NCBI GenBank assembly: GCA_943788365.1 | Contig: CALSPZ010000001.1 | Location: 328,233 to 392,232, forward strand | Length of the DNA stretch: 64,000 nucleotides | Origin: an uncultured SAR86 cluster bacterium | GTDB lineage: Bacteria; Pseudomonadota; Gammaproteobacteria; Magnimaribacterales; D2472 | Reading direction: 5' to 3' | In this document: positions 31,954-42,230 of the stretch, piece after piece | Numbering within the stretch: the first letter of the stretch is position 1 | Layout of the letters: every line of letters starts with the position of its first letter | The notes under the pieces: generated by a model | What the model saw: the letters and a program-made list of their open reading frames with translations, nothing else | Database searches by the model: none | Told to the model about the DNA's origin: nothing | Position numbers and translations under genes: made by a program

Positions 31954-32082
31954 TTATAAGATTTATTATTAGTTAATACTTATTACATCTTTTGAGATTA
32001 ATCTAGTCAATATAAATTTATGAATAAATATGATTAACTTTCAATAATTCTAAAATTATTTCACTTATGTTTTAATTACAAA

Positions 32083-32958
32083 ATGAAAAAATTATCACTT
32101 TTATTGGTATGTCTTTGGTACCTTTTAGCACTTTTAATTTCATTTAGAGTTACAGAGTTAATTGGTATTCTTGGTAATATATGGTTAAAAATTCTAATCG
32201 CTCACGTCATAGCAACAATTGTTATATATGTCGGAAGCGTCATACATAATAATTCAAGCCTTTATGACCCCTTCTGGTCTATAGCTCCAGTTCCTATTAT
32301 TATATTTTTATACACCCTATCGGATATAAATAATCTTTCAACTTTAAATAAAATTCTTATTTCAGCGCCTATAATTTTTTGGTCTTTGAGATTAACTAGA
32401 AATTGGATTATTTCTTGGGATGGATTTAGTCATGAGGACTTTAGATATATTGAATTAAAGAAGGGAGGGAAAATAAAATTAGAATTTATTAACTTTACAG
32501 GGATACATCTTATACCAACCCTTCAAGTTAATCTTTCACTTTTTCCGTTATATTTTCTATTTACTAGTTATGAACTTAGCTCACTTAACTACCCATTAAT
32601 TTTTGCAAGCATATTTACAATATTAGCAGTGATTATAGAAACTATCGCAGATGAGCAAATGAGATCGTTCAGAAGTAATAAGAAGAATGAAGGTATTACC
32701 ATGAACAAGGGTCTATGGAAATACTCAAGGCACCCAAACTATTTTGGAGAAGTTATGTTCTGGGTTGGCTTATATCTAATGGCATTTTTATCAATAAAGA
32801 CACCTTTTTGGCTCATATTGTCACCAATATCAATGATTATTCTATTTATCTTTATATCATGTCCTATGATGGATAATAGGAGTTTGAAAAAAAGATCTGA
32901 TTACAAGCAATATATGAATAATACCTCTCAACTCTTTATTTGGTTTCCTAAAATTTAA
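32083..32958 (+). CDS. DUF1295 / steroid-5-alpha-reductase-like membrane protein
   Basis: Polytopic protein with the signature GLWKYSRHPNYFGEVMFW. Confidence 0.75.
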   Translation: MKKLSLLLVCLWYLLALLISFRVTELIGILGNIWLKILIAHVIATIVIYVGSVIHNNSSLYDPFWSIAPVPIIIFLYTLSDINNLSTLNKILISAPIIFWSLRLTRNWIISWDGFSHEDFRYIELKKGGKIKLEFINFTGIHLIPTLQVNLSLFPLYFLFTSYELSSLNYPLIFASIFTILAVIIETIADEQMRSFRSNKKNEGITMNKGLWKYSRHPNYFGEVMFWVGLYLMAFLSIKTPFWLILSPISMIILFIFISCPMMDNRSLKKRSDYKQYMNNTSQLFIWFPKI

Positions 32959-32960
32959 AC

Positions 32961-32990
32961 AAAAAAAAGCACCGACTAGCGGTGCTTTAA
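32961..32990. terminator. bidirectional terminator hairpin (GCACCG/CGGTGC); strong U-tract on minus strand
   Basis: The stem pairs 32969-32974 with 32980-32985. The A8 run on the plus strand gives U8 after the stem on the minus strand, downstream of the TonB receptor stop; only T3 follows on the plus strand. Confidence 0.65.
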
Positions 32991-33004
32991 AAGATATAGA
33001 TAAA

Positions 33005-35647
33005 TTACAAAGTAATTTTAAAGCCTATATAAGTTGATCTGCCTCTTGGGTCATGATGTTTAGGATCATAACTAAAGTTGGCTGCATCATAAACAATAGG
33101 AGCTTTTTCATCAGCTGCATTATTAATACCTGCTGATAATACTACATTAGTATCACCTAGTTCCATATTGTAAGTATACTTAAGATCAATAGTTTCAAAC
33201 GCATCAATATCTTGAACAAAACCTATAGCAGCAGCAGATGCTGGAATAGCTCTTGTTGTTTCATATTCAGAAACCCATCTGTATATTGCTGTTAACATAT
33301 GATCACCATTAGTTAAGCTAGCTGTTAAAACAGATTTTGTTTCAGGCAATGATCTTGCGAAGTTATCATGATTAAATAAACCAACAACATCCTTCATACC
33401 ACCAGCTCCATCAGGAATTTCATAACCAAGCATATGTGATGTAATGAAACCAACGTTGGCTTGACCATAAGCAGTATCAAAGTCATACGAAGCTTCAAAA
33501 TCAAGTCCTGAAGCATCTATTTTAGCTGCATTAAAGTAACTAGTAGTAATACCAACAAGGTTTCCTTCAATTCTTTTAATATCTGAGCCATTTGGATCAG
33601 CTATGATCTTGCCTTGTGCACTTTCAAGAGTAACAACATCTTTATAGTCAACAGTCCAGTAATCTAGAGTTAATGAAGTTTGCTCATTAGGAGTCCAGAT
33701 CGCACCAAGATTAATATTATCAGATTCTTCAGGGGTAAGAGTTGAGTTATTTGCAACTGCCACTCTTATAAACGCTGTGCCACCTTTAGGCGTTCCATCA
33801 GCGTTGAAGTCTTGAATACCTTGAAGTGAAACTGAAGAAGCAGCTAGTTGAACTAATGAAGCTTCCCTAAATGATGTAGAGTATGATCCACGTAAAACCA
33901 AGTCATCAGACTGTTGATATCTTAATGATACTTTAGGATTTATTGTTGAGTCAGAATCAAGATTCTCATATCTAACAGCACCTTTAAATGTAAGTTTTTC
34001 AGAAAGATCTTTAGCTCCTTCAACAAAAAATGCTGTTGAGTCTCTTCTTGAATCATTCTCAAGACCACCGCCTAAGAAAATTAAGTCAGACTGTTGAGTG
34101 ATACTTCCATCAGGACCAAATACCGCTTTAGATTCGTCATTTCTAACAATCTTATAAGCTTCATTCTTATATTGAAAACCTAATGCAACATCCCAGCCCT
34201 TTCTTTCTCCAGTAAGAAGAACATCAAATACTTGAAGTTTTGCATCAGTCCATCTTTCTTCACCAGATGAAATATAATCAATTAATTCTTGTGAGTTAGC
34301 AGATGGGTCAAACAGATTCCAGGTTTGGTTACCACTTGGTCCACCTGTACCATTAATAGCAGCATCAAATCTTGATGTGCTTGTGTCAGGTTGAAATAAG
34401 TAACTTGCATGAGAGCTTTCTGTATAGTGAACATCCCAGTTCATTCCGTTATCCATAACACCATCAAATCCCATTGAGACTCTTGTAGACTCATTTTCTC
34501 TTGGAGCTAAAGGAGAATCAAAAGCTGAACCTAAAGCTCTTCCAAGCCATAATACAGGATAAGAGAATGGACTAGCTCCTGTTCCAGGCATAACTGGTTT
34601 AGCTAAATAAGATAAAGCAGGATATGAAGGAGACTGAGGGTTATCATTTACGTTCACTTCTGCAGATAAGTAATCAAGTTCAAATCCAACACCGTTACCA
34701 AGTGTAGTTTTCAAAGAAGTATATAAATTTGTATGGTCTTCATCATTAACTAAATTAAATCTATCACCATAATAAAAGTGACATCTTTGTCCACCAGGTA
34801 AAGCAGCTGAAGCTGCATTTGCATAATCAACTAAAATACCTTTATTAGCTTCACAATTTGCATCAGGAACACTTTCATAAATAGCATAAGTTCCAGCATA
34901 TGGACCACTATCAACGCTTGTGAAGGTATCAGCACCACCAGGTAAAACTAAAAAACTATTTCCTAGAGTACTTATTGCAAGTTGAGAGTAATCTGTTAAT
35001 TCTGTACCAGCAATTGGAGATCTGTTTAGTTCACTATAAGCTACAACTAAGTTTGCACCATTTACTTCACCACCCCACATAGCACTAACTCTATCGTCAG
35101 TTTGGTCACCTAAGTCACCCTTTTGTTGAGATACATTTACCTCAACACCAGTAAAGTCTCTTCTTAAAATATAGTTAACAACACCTGCAACAGCATCTGA
35201 ACCATAAACAGAAGCAGCACCTTCTTTAAGAACTTCAACTCTTTCTAGCGCTACAACTGGAATCATATTAGTATCAACAAAAACACTTCCATCATTAGCA
35301 AATTGACCAGAAACAGTATTCCTTCTACCGTCAACTAAAACCAATGTTGAGGAAAGTCCTAAGCCTCTTAAGTTAACATTTGAAGTACCTTGTGTAGAAC
35401 CAGAAGTAAATGAGTCAGCATTATTTTCAGCACCACTACTTGCTGTTAAGTTACGAGTAATATCTGCAACAGTAGTTGCTCCAAGTAGCTCAATTTTATC
35501 TCTGTTAATAATTTCTACTGGTGATGCGCCATCAGTAGCACTTCCTTTAATATAAGAACCAGTTACAACAACCTCTTCTACATCTTGTGCAATAGAAATT
35601 CCAGTAAATAGAACTAATGAAAAAATAAACGAATGAATTAATTTCAT
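33005..35647 (-). CDS. TonB-dependent outer-membrane receptor
   Basis: Signal peptide, an EEVVVTGS plug region (DGRRN, VLKEGAASVYGSDAVAGVVN) and a long Gly/Asp/Tyr-rich barrel. 880 aa. Confidence 0.9.
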   Translation of the reverse strand: MKLIHSFIFSLVLFTGISIAQDVEEVVVTGSYIKGSATDGASPVEIINRDKIELLGATTVADITRNLTASSGAENNADSFTSGSTQGTSNVNLRGLGLSSTLVLVDGRRNTVSGQFANDGSVFVDTNMIPVVALERVEVLKEGAASVYGSDAVAGVVNYILRRDFTGVEVNVSQQKGDLGDQTDDRVSAMWGGEVNGANLVVAYSELNRSPIAGTELTDYSQLAISTLGNSFLVLPGGADTFTSVDSGPYAGTYAIYESVPDANCEANKGILVDYANAASAALPGGQRCHFYYGDRFNLVNDEDHTNLYTSLKTTLGNGVGFELDYLSAEVNVNDNPQSPSYPALSYLAKPVMPGTGASPFSYPVLWLGRALGSAFDSPLAPRENESTRVSMGFDGVMDNGMNWDVHYTESSHASYLFQPDTSTSRFDAAINGTGGPSGNQTWNLFDPSANSQELIDYISSGEERWTDAKLQVFDVLLTGERKGWDVALGFQYKNEAYKIVRNDESKAVFGPDGSITQQSDLIFLGGGLENDSRRDSTAFFVEGAKDLSEKLTFKGAVRYENLDSDSTINPKVSLRYQQSDDLVLRGSYSTSFREASLVQLAASSVSLQGIQDFNADGTPKGGTAFIRVAVANNSTLTPEESDNINLGAIWTPNEQTSLTLDYWTVDYKDVVTLESAQGKIIADPNGSDIKRIEGNLVGITTSYFNAAKIDASGLDFEASYDFDTAYGQANVGFITSHMLGYEIPDGAGGMKDVVGLFNHDNFARSLPETKSVLTASLTNGDHMLTAIYRWVSEYETTRAIPASAAAIGFVQDIDAFETIDLKYTYNMELGDTNVVLSAGINNAADEKAPIVYDAANFSYDPKHHDPRGRSTYIGFKITL

Positions 35648-35810
35648 AATACTCCCCCTTGAGTTTAAAAATATTAAAATTCAACAAGCACTTTATGTGC
35701 CTACCGACTAATTTTGCACTGTTAATAGAGAATAGCAATAGTATTGTGCATAATTGCCCAACTAAATTTATATAAATAAAGTAGTTTTATTAACTTAATT
35801 ATGATCTAAA

Positions 35811-36809
35811 TTATGAGTTTTTTTCAGAACGTAAATGCAAGAAGAAAAAATAAGTTGCTATAGCACTTAATACATGCCAAATACCATGGGCTTGTATAAC
35901 AGAATCTGGATTACAGTTCGCGTTATCAGAAGTACCTGTTAGCCATATGGAAAAGGCAGACATATAAGCTAACATACCTAAAAAATACCATTTATAGGTT
36001 CTTACCCCTAATGGTTTTTTGTCTGCCAATAAACCAGGAAGCCAAAATAAAAATACCCACCAGAAAGATTCTGGATTTGCTAATATATCTCCAATTGTCG
36101 TTCCAAAAAGAAACAGAACTAAAAAGCCAACAAAGCCTGATAAAAACCTATTGATAGGTGACCAAAATTTATATAAAAACTCTGATATAACCCAAAGACC
36201 AATAGAAGTACCAAATAAATTAAAACCTATACCTAAATCCCAAGAGGTAAACCATCTAGTTACTGAGTAAATAAGAACAATTGAAAAATATACTTTTATT
36301 AGTCTTGGTGCTGACCATCTTCCCATTAACGATACGTTGTATAGCCATGGGAATATTATGTACATAATCATGCTTAAGTTATCAGCCCACCCACCCCATT
36401 CAGTATTGGTTCCATGCATTAACATTGAACCAGGACCAAGCCACCATGCTGCAGATGCATATAAAATGGAGATAGGAGTTAACCCTATAAATTTATTATT
36501 AGAAGAAGTGTCTTCATTTGATATGACCCAAAAAATATATAGGCCAACAACCATGAAACCTAAATTGCTTAAAGTATTAACAGGTTCTCTAAAAGCTCCA
36601 TCACTAACCCTTTCACACCATCTTGATGCTTCACCAATAAGGCTGGTATCAGATGAATTGATTAATCCAGACAAACCTAGTACATAAAAAACAGTTAGAA
36701 AGATTACTGAAGTATAAAAAGCAATATAAAATGGATTAGGTTTTTTAAAATTTAACAAAGACCAGTTCCTATGTTGATAAAAATGTTTATATATATAAAT
36801 AATATACAA
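35811..36809 (-). CDS. alkaline-ceramidase-like (CREST-type) polytopic membrane hydrolase, putative
   Basis: Seven or more TM helices. RWCERVSDGAFREPVNTLSNLGF resembles the ceramidase WCE...E..NT.SN motif, and the C-terminal HGIWHVLSA resembles H..WH. Confidence 0.45.
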   Translation of the reverse strand: MYIIYIYKHFYQHRNWSLLNFKKPNPFYIAFYTSVIFLTVFYVLGLSGLINSSDTSLIGEASRWCERVSDGAFREPVNTLSNLGFMVVGLYIFWVISNEDTSSNNKFIGLTPISILYASAAWWLGPGSMLMHGTNTEWGGWADNLSMIMYIIFPWLYNVSLMGRWSAPRLIKVYFSIVLIYSVTRWFTSWDLGIGFNLFGTSIGLWVISEFLYKFWSPINRFLSGFVGFLVLFLFGTTIGDILANPESFWWVFLFWLPGLLADKKPLGVRTYKWYFLGMLAYMSAFSIWLTGTSDNANCNPDSVIQAHGIWHVLSAIATYFFFLHLRSEKNS

Positions 36810-36842
36810 ATTTTTAATACATACAATAGGTTAAATTTTTAG

Positions 36843-36868
36843 AAAAAAAGGGCTCTTAATGAGCCCTT
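36843..36868 (-). terminator. rho-independent terminator after etfA
   Basis: The minus strand reads AAGGGCTC-ATTAA-GAGCCCTT followed by TTTTTT. Confidence 0.65.
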
Positions 36869-36884
36869 ATAAAATTTATAGATC

Positions 36885-37814
36885 TTAAAGTTGAGAGTCT
36901 AATTCAGGCAATGCTGTAAATAAATCTGCAACTAAACCATAATCAGCTACTTGAAAGATTGGTGCGTCTTCATCTTTGTTTATAGCTACAATTACTTTTG
37001 AATCTTTCATGCCAGCTAAATGTTGAATAGCTCCAGAAATACCAACGGCTATATATAAATCAGGTGCAACAATTTTTCCTGTTTGTCCAACCTGGTAATC
37101 ATTAGGAACAAAACCAGCATCTACTGCTGCTCTTGAGGCTCCAACAGCGGCCCCAAGCTTATCTGCAATACTATCAAGTAAATGGAAATTATCGCCTGAC
37201 TGCATTCCTCTTCCACCAGAGATTATAATGTCAGCTGCTGTGAGCTCCGGTCTATCACTTTCAGCAATCTCTTCAGATACAAATTGACTTATATTAAGTG
37301 AATCTAAGGCGCTAGCGTTAACAACTTCAATATCAGCATTATTTAGCTCAACAGCATCAAATGCAGTTGACCTTACAGTAATAGTTTTTAATGCATCATT
37401 AGATTTTACAGTGGCAATACAACTTCCAGCATAGATAGGTCTTTTAAAAGTATCTGATGACTCAACAGAAATAATATCTGAAATTTGTTGTGAATCGGTC
37501 TTAGCGGCAATACGCGGCATTAAGTTTTTACCAAATGTAGTTGCTGGAGCTAATATATACGAATAATCTGAAGACAATGATACGACTAATGCAGAGACAT
37601 CTTCAGCTAATTGGTTTTCGTACAAAGAATTATTTGAGTTAATAATCTTAGAAACACCATCAATTTTTTGACATTCACTTATTACGGTTTCACATCCCGA
37701 ACCAGCTACAAGGATGTGAATATCTCCATCAAGATTTTTTGCTGCTGCAACTGTATTTAATGTTGATCCTTTAAGATTATTATTATCATGTTCTGCTATT
37801 ACTAATATACTCAT
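36885..37814 (-). CDS. etfA: electron transfer flavoprotein subunit alpha
   Basis: C-terminal FAD motifs ([30 protein letters not shown]). Confidence 0.93.
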   Translation of the reverse strand: MSILVIAEHDNNNLKGSTLNTVAAAKNLDGDIHILVAGSGCETVISECQKIDGVSKIINSNNSLYENQLAEDVSALVVSLSSDYSYILAPATTFGKNLMPRIAAKTDSQQISDIISVESSDTFKRPIYAGSCIATVKSNDALKTITVRSTAFDAVELNNADIEVVNASALDSLNISQFVSEEIAESDRPELTAADIIISGGRGMQSGDNFHLLDSIADKLGAAVGASRAAVDAGFVPNDYQVGQTGKIVAPDLYIAVGISGAIQHLAGMKDSKVIVAINKDEDAPIFQVADYGLVADLFTALPELDSQL

Positions 37815-38563
37815 GAAATCACCTTCGCTTCGTTTTTAAGTTTATCTACCAGTTGATCTACTGATTCAACAATTATTCCTGCAGCTCTTGCTTCAGGAAG
37901 TTCAACCTTAAGCAATTCTGTTCTTGGAGAGATATCAATACCAGTATCTGCTAGAGGAATAATTTTTAATTCTTTCTTCTTAGCTTTCATTATATTTGGT
38001 AATGAAGCATATCTAGGCTCATTTAATCTAAGGTCGGTTGTTACAATTGCGGGCTTAGTTAACTTTAATGTTTGAAGACCTCCATCAATTTCTCTTGTAA
38101 CTGAAACTGAGCCATCTTCAACAATCAGCTCAGAGGCATTGGTTGCTTGAGGAAGATCAAGTATTGCTGCAAGCATTTGTCCAGTTTGATTGTTGTCACC
38201 ATCAATTGCTTGTTTGCCAAGTATTATTAAATCTGGAGATTCATCTTTAACGATTTTAGCTAAAACTTTTGCTAAAGCTAAAGGCTCAAGTAAGGAATCA
38301 TTTTCTACTAAAATTGCTCTATCTGCGCCTAAAGCTAATGCTGTTCTTAACTGCTCTTGTGATTCTGTCTTACCAATCGTAATTGCAATAACTTCAGAAG
38401 CATTGCCGGACTCTTTAATTCTTACCGCCTCTTCTAATGCAATTTCACAAAATGGATTTACAGACATCTTTACATTATTTAAATCAACATCTGAATTATC
38501 CGAAAGAGGTCTAACTTTTACGTTATAGTCAACCACTCGTTTAATTGGAACTAGTATTTTCAT
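37811..38563 (-). CDS. etfB: electron transfer flavoprotein subunit beta
   Basis: [30 protein letters not shown] and [13 protein letters not shown]. Overlaps etfA by 4 nt. Confidence 0.93.
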   Translation of the reverse strand: MKILVPIKRVVDYNVKVRPLSDNSDVDLNNVKMSVNPFCEIALEEAVRIKESGNASEVIAITIGKTESQEQLRTALALGADRAILVENDSLLEPLALAKVLAKIVKDESPDLIILGKQAIDGDNNQTGQMLAAILDLPQATNASELIVEDGSVSVTREIDGGLQTLKLTKPAIVTTDLRLNEPRYASLPNIMKAKKKELKIIPLADTGIDISPRTELLKVELPEARAAGIIVESVDQLVDKLKNEAKVIS

Positions 38564-38572
38564 ATTTAACTC

Positions 38573-38600
38573 TTAATATAGGGGTTTATCGGGCTATAAT
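38573..38600 (+). promoter_or_regulatory. candidate sigma70 promoter for ETF-QO (-35 TTAATA, 16-nt spacer, -10 TATAAT)
   Basis: A consensus TATAAT lies at 38595-38600, 47 bp upstream of the TTG start, with a -35-like TTAATA at 38573-38578. Confidence 0.4.
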
Positions 38601-38612
38601 TGTAATGTCTTT

Positions 38613-38627
38613 TGTAAACATTTTACA
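38613..38627. promoter_or_regulatory. palindrome TGTAAA-CAT-TTTACA, candidate operator in the etfBA / ETF-QO divergent region
   Basis: Read directly. It has the same half-sites and spacing as 894-908, and sits 13 bp downstream of the TATAAT and 20 bp upstream of the ETF-QO start. Confidence 0.35.
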
Positions 38628-38646
38628 GTACTAAGAGAGGTTAATT

Positions 38647-40278
38647 TTGGAAAGAGATATAATGGAATATGATGTAGTTGTAGTTGGTGGAGGACCCTCA
38701 GGTTTATCAACAGCAATTAGGTTTGCGCAATTAAATAAAGAAAATGGGGCAAGTTATTCAATATGCCTTTTAGAAAAAGGTTCTGAGGTTGGAGCTCACA
38801 TACTTTCAGGGAATGTATTTCAACCAAATGCTCTAGATGAGTTAATTCCTGACTGGAAAGAAAAAAATGCTCCATTAAATATTCCTGTGAAAAAAGATAA
38901 ATTACTTTTTTTATTAAATAAATTCTCTATACCGGTCCCTGCCTTTGTGATGCCTCCAATGAATAATCATGGAAATTACGTAATAAGCCTTGGTAATCTT
39001 TGTAGGTGGTTAGCTGAACAAGCTGAAAATTTAGGAGTTGAAATATTTCCAGGTTTTCCTGCAAGTAAATTGATCTATGAAAATGATAAAGTTGTTGGAG
39101 TACAAACTGGTGACATGGGCATATCAGCTAATGGAGATATTAAACCAGGACATGAACCAGGAATTATCATTAAAGCAAAATACACTGTGTTAAGTGAAGG
39201 TTGTAGAGGTCATCTAGGTAAGGAAGTTATTAATAAATACAATCTTTCAGAAGGAAAGGATCCTCAGCACTATGGTATCGGTTTTAAAGAGGTTTGGAAG
39301 TTAAAAGAAGGAATTCATGAACCTGGATTAGTAATGCATACAAATGGATGGCCTACTCCATTTGATACGCCATCTGGATCATATCTCTATCATGGAGAAA
39401 ATAATGAAGCTTATATAGGATATGTAATCCCGCTGGATTATACAAATCCATCCTTAAGCCCTTTTGATGAATTTCAAAAATGGAAAACTCACCCTGCTAT
39501 AAAAAAATATTTAGAAGGAGGAGAAAGACTTTCTTATGGTGCTAGAGCACTTATTAAAGGCGGTCTTCAATCTTTGCCAAAAATGCAATTTCCTGGTGGT
39601 CTTATTACTGGAGATAATGCAGGCACTCTTAATTTTTCAAAAATAAAAGGTTCTCATACAGCTATGAAGTCAGGTTTAATTGCTGGTGATCATATTTTTG
39701 AAAATATCAATAGTGATATTCAAACTGACATTTCATATGACGATAGGATACAAAGTTCATGGATATACACTGAACTTTATAAGTCTAGGAATTTTGGTCC
39801 TATATTTCACAAGTTTGGTGCATTGTTGGGAGCTTTTTTAAATGCATTAGACCAGTTTATATTTAGAGGAAAACTTCCTTTTACTTTAAATAACCCAGTA
39901 CCTGATCATGAGTGTCTGAAAAAATCATCTGAAGTAACTAAAATAGAATATCCAAAACCAGATGGTATTTTTTCATTTGATAAACTTTCTTCTGTATATT
40001 TATCGAATACGAATCATGAAGAAGATCAACCGTGCCATTTACAGCTCAAAGATCCATCTATACCCATAGCTATAAACCTGCCTATGTATGACGAACCAGC
40101 TCAAAGATATTGTCCTGCAGGTGTCTATGAGGTTGTTAGAAAAGATGGTGAAGATAAGTTCGTTATTAATGCTCAGAACTGCGTTCATTGTAAAACATGT
40201 GACATAAAAGACCCTTCTCAAAATATTAAATGGGTAACACCAGAGGGTCCAGGCGGTCCTAACTACCCAAATATGTAA
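38647..40278 (+). CDS. electron transfer flavoprotein-ubiquinone oxidoreductase (ETF-QO)
   Basis: TTG start with an AGAGAGG SD 6 nt upstream. MERDIMEYDVVVVGGGPSG matches the ETF-QO N-termini I recall. C-terminal 4Fe-4S motif CPAGVY...CVHCKTCDIKDP. Confidence 0.93.
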   Translation: MERDIMEYDVVVVGGGPSGLSTAIRFAQLNKENGASYSICLLEKGSEVGAHILSGNVFQPNALDELIPDWKEKNAPLNIPVKKDKLLFLLNKFSIPVPAFVMPPMNNHGNYVISLGNLCRWLAEQAENLGVEIFPGFPASKLIYENDKVVGVQTGDMGISANGDIKPGHEPGIIIKAKYTVLSEGCRGHLGKEVINKYNLSEGKDPQHYGIGFKEVWKLKEGIHEPGLVMHTNGWPTPFDTPSGSYLYHGENNEAYIGYVIPLDYTNPSLSPFDEFQKWKTHPAIKKYLEGGERLSYGARALIKGGLQSLPKMQFPGGLITGDNAGTLNFSKIKGSHTAMKSGLIAGDHIFENINSDIQTDISYDDRIQSSWIYTELYKSRNFGPIFHKFGALLGAFLNALDQFIFRGKLPFTLNNPVPDHECLKKSSEVTKIEYPKPDGIFSFDKLSSVYLSNTNHEEDQPCHLQLKDPSIPIAINLPMYDEPAQRYCPAGVYEVVRKDGEDKFVINAQNCVHCKTCDIKDPSQNIKWVTPEGPGGPNYPNM

Positions 40279-40316
40279 TTGAATATAATCTTAATTAAAT
40301 TGATTGGAGAATAAAT

Positions 40317-42089
40317 ATGAAAAATAACAAAGCTTTAACCTTAATAATAATAATTACATGCATTAACTTATTGTTATGGACTACATCTAAAAATACTAAA
40401 GATGGCTCAGTTGTTGATATAGATTTTGAGAATTACTTAGCGGCATCTTGGGAAAGCGGTCTGGCAGATTCACCCATATATGCGACGATGCTTGGTGATA
40501 AAAGATTCAATAAAGAGATTGTTTCTAATTCAGCTGATGAGATAGAAAAAAGGAAGCTTGAAGCCATAGATTCATATGCAGAGTTTAAAGCTTTTAATAT
40601 TGAAGATTTATCAGAAGGTAATAAATTAAATTACATGATCTTAGATCAAGATTTTAGACATGCTGTAGAGTCTAATAAGTACCCTTCTCACTTCATGAAT
40701 TTAAATCAAAGAGGAGGAATTCAATCATTCTATGAAACTGGATCAAGAATGGTGTTTAGTTCTTATCAAGATTATAAAGATTGGTTAATAAGATTAAATA
40801 AATATTCATCAAATGTTAAAAATGCTAATGATAACTATAAAAAAGGTTTAGAGCTTGGTTATACGCAGCCTAAACATATAACCACATATGTTCTTGAGCA
40901 AATAGAATCAATGGTAGCGGCAGAAATTAGCAATAATCCTTACTTAAAAGTTTTTAAAGAGGCTTCATTAGAAGTAATAACTGAAGAACAGAAAAATGAG
41001 TTAGTGCTAGAAGCAAAAGAGTTGATTGAAAACTCATTGAATCCTGCTTACTCTGACTTAGCAAAATTTTTAAGGAATGAGTACATTCCTAACTCTAGAA
41101 ATTCTATAGGACTTAAAGATGTCCCAAATGGTAGTGAATGGTATGAGTATTTGGCTAGATACCATACAACAACTAATTTAACTCCGGATGAGATACATGA
41201 AATTGGTTTAAAAGAAATTAAAAGGATACGCTCTGAAATGGAAGAAATAATTGCTTCTGTAAAATGGGATGGAGATTTTAATTCTTTCTTGAATTTCCTG
41301 AGAACTGATAAACGTTTCTATTATGATAATGCGGAAGATTTATTTGATGCTTATTTGATAATGTCTAAAAAAATTGATCCATTATTACCAATGATTTTTA
41401 AAGACTTTCAAAAAGCTCCATACGGTGTAACGGAGATACCAATGGAATCAGCCCCATATACAACTACTGCTTATTACAACTCACCAAGCAAAGGTAGGCC
41501 TGGTTATTACTATGTTAATTTATACAAACCTGAATCAAGACCCAAGTATGAGATACCTGTCTTAAGTGTTCATGAAGCAGTGCCAGGACATCATTTTCAA
41601 ATATCTATTGCGCAAGAGATGGAAAATGTTCCAGAATTTAGAAAACATCAATCTTTTACATCTTTTGTTGAGGGCTGGGCTTTGTATAGTGAAGAGTTAG
41701 GAGAACACATGGGTCTCTATGATGATCCCTATGATAAATTTGGTCAGCTAACTTATGATATGTGGAGAGCAATTAGGTTAGTTGTAGATACTGGCATGCA
41801 CTATAAAGATTGGACAAGAGATGATGCAATCAACTTATTTGTAAACAATACAGCAAAATCTATTTTAGATATAGAAAATGAAGTTGATAGATATATAGCA
41901 TGGCCGGGACAAGCTTTAGCTTACAAAATTGGACAATTAAAAATTCTTGAACTTAGAACAAAAGCTGAAACTGAATTAGGTGAAAAATATGATATTAAGG
42001 ATTTCCATTACGAAGTTCTTAAAAGAGGATCAGTGCCGTTATCTGTTTTAGAAACTTATATTAATGAATGGATAGAGTCTGAGAAATAG
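40317..42089 (+). CDS. DUF885-family protein (secreted, metallopeptidase-like HExxH variant)
   Basis: Signal or anchor sequence, HEAVPGHHFQ motif, EGWALYSE and RYIAWPGQALAYKIG. Confidence 0.7.
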   Translation: MKNNKALTLIIIITCINLLLWTTSKNTKDGSVVDIDFENYLAASWESGLADSPIYATMLGDKRFNKEIVSNSADEIEKRKLEAIDSYAEFKAFNIEDLSEGNKLNYMILDQDFRHAVESNKYPSHFMNLNQRGGIQSFYETGSRMVFSSYQDYKDWLIRLNKYSSNVKNANDNYKKGLELGYTQPKHITTYVLEQIESMVAAEISNNPYLKVFKEASLEVITEEQKNELVLEAKELIENSLNPAYSDLAKFLRNEYIPNSRNSIGLKDVPNGSEWYEYLARYHTTTNLTPDEIHEIGLKEIKRIRSEMEEIIASVKWDGDFNSFLNFLRTDKRFYYDNAEDLFDAYLIMSKKIDPLLPMIFKDFQKAPYGVTEIPMESAPYTTTAYYNSPSKGRPGYYYVNLYKPESRPKYEIPVLSVHEAVPGHHFQISIAQEMENVPEFRKHQSFTSFVEGWALYSEELGEHMGLYDDPYDKFGQLTYDMWRAIRLVVDTGMHYKDWTRDDAINLFVNNTAKSILDIENEVDRYIAWPGQALAYKIGQLKILELRTKAETELGEKYDIKDFHYEVLKRGSVPLSVLETYINEWIESEK

Positions 42090-42230
42090 TTATTTTTTTT
42101 GTTTGCATTTGTTGCTGCAATAAATAACATTAGCCCAGTCTCTTTCCCATTTTTTTCGCCATACAAAATCTAATTTACAAACTGGACAAGTCTTTTTTGG
42201 TAAATTAGATTTTTTAATTGATTTTGCCAA
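42090..42230 (-). CDS. DUF2256 zinc-ribbon protein
   Basis: [30 protein letters not shown] place the start at TTG 42230 (46 aa). The track's Met at 42299 would overlap the upstream gene by 86 nt. Confidence 0.55.
   Translation of the reverse strand: MAKSIKKSNLPKKTCPVCKLDFVWRKKWERDWANVIYCSNKCKQKK

Noticed and set aside
35648-35810. Possible riboswitch (cobalamin or TPP) or Fur box in the 163-nt leader of the TonB-dependent receptor.
   Set aside because: I saw no B12-box (GCCACTG-like), no TPP CTGAGA core, and no convincing GATAATGATAATCATTATC-like Fur site. There is only a short GCAC/GTGC hairpin.
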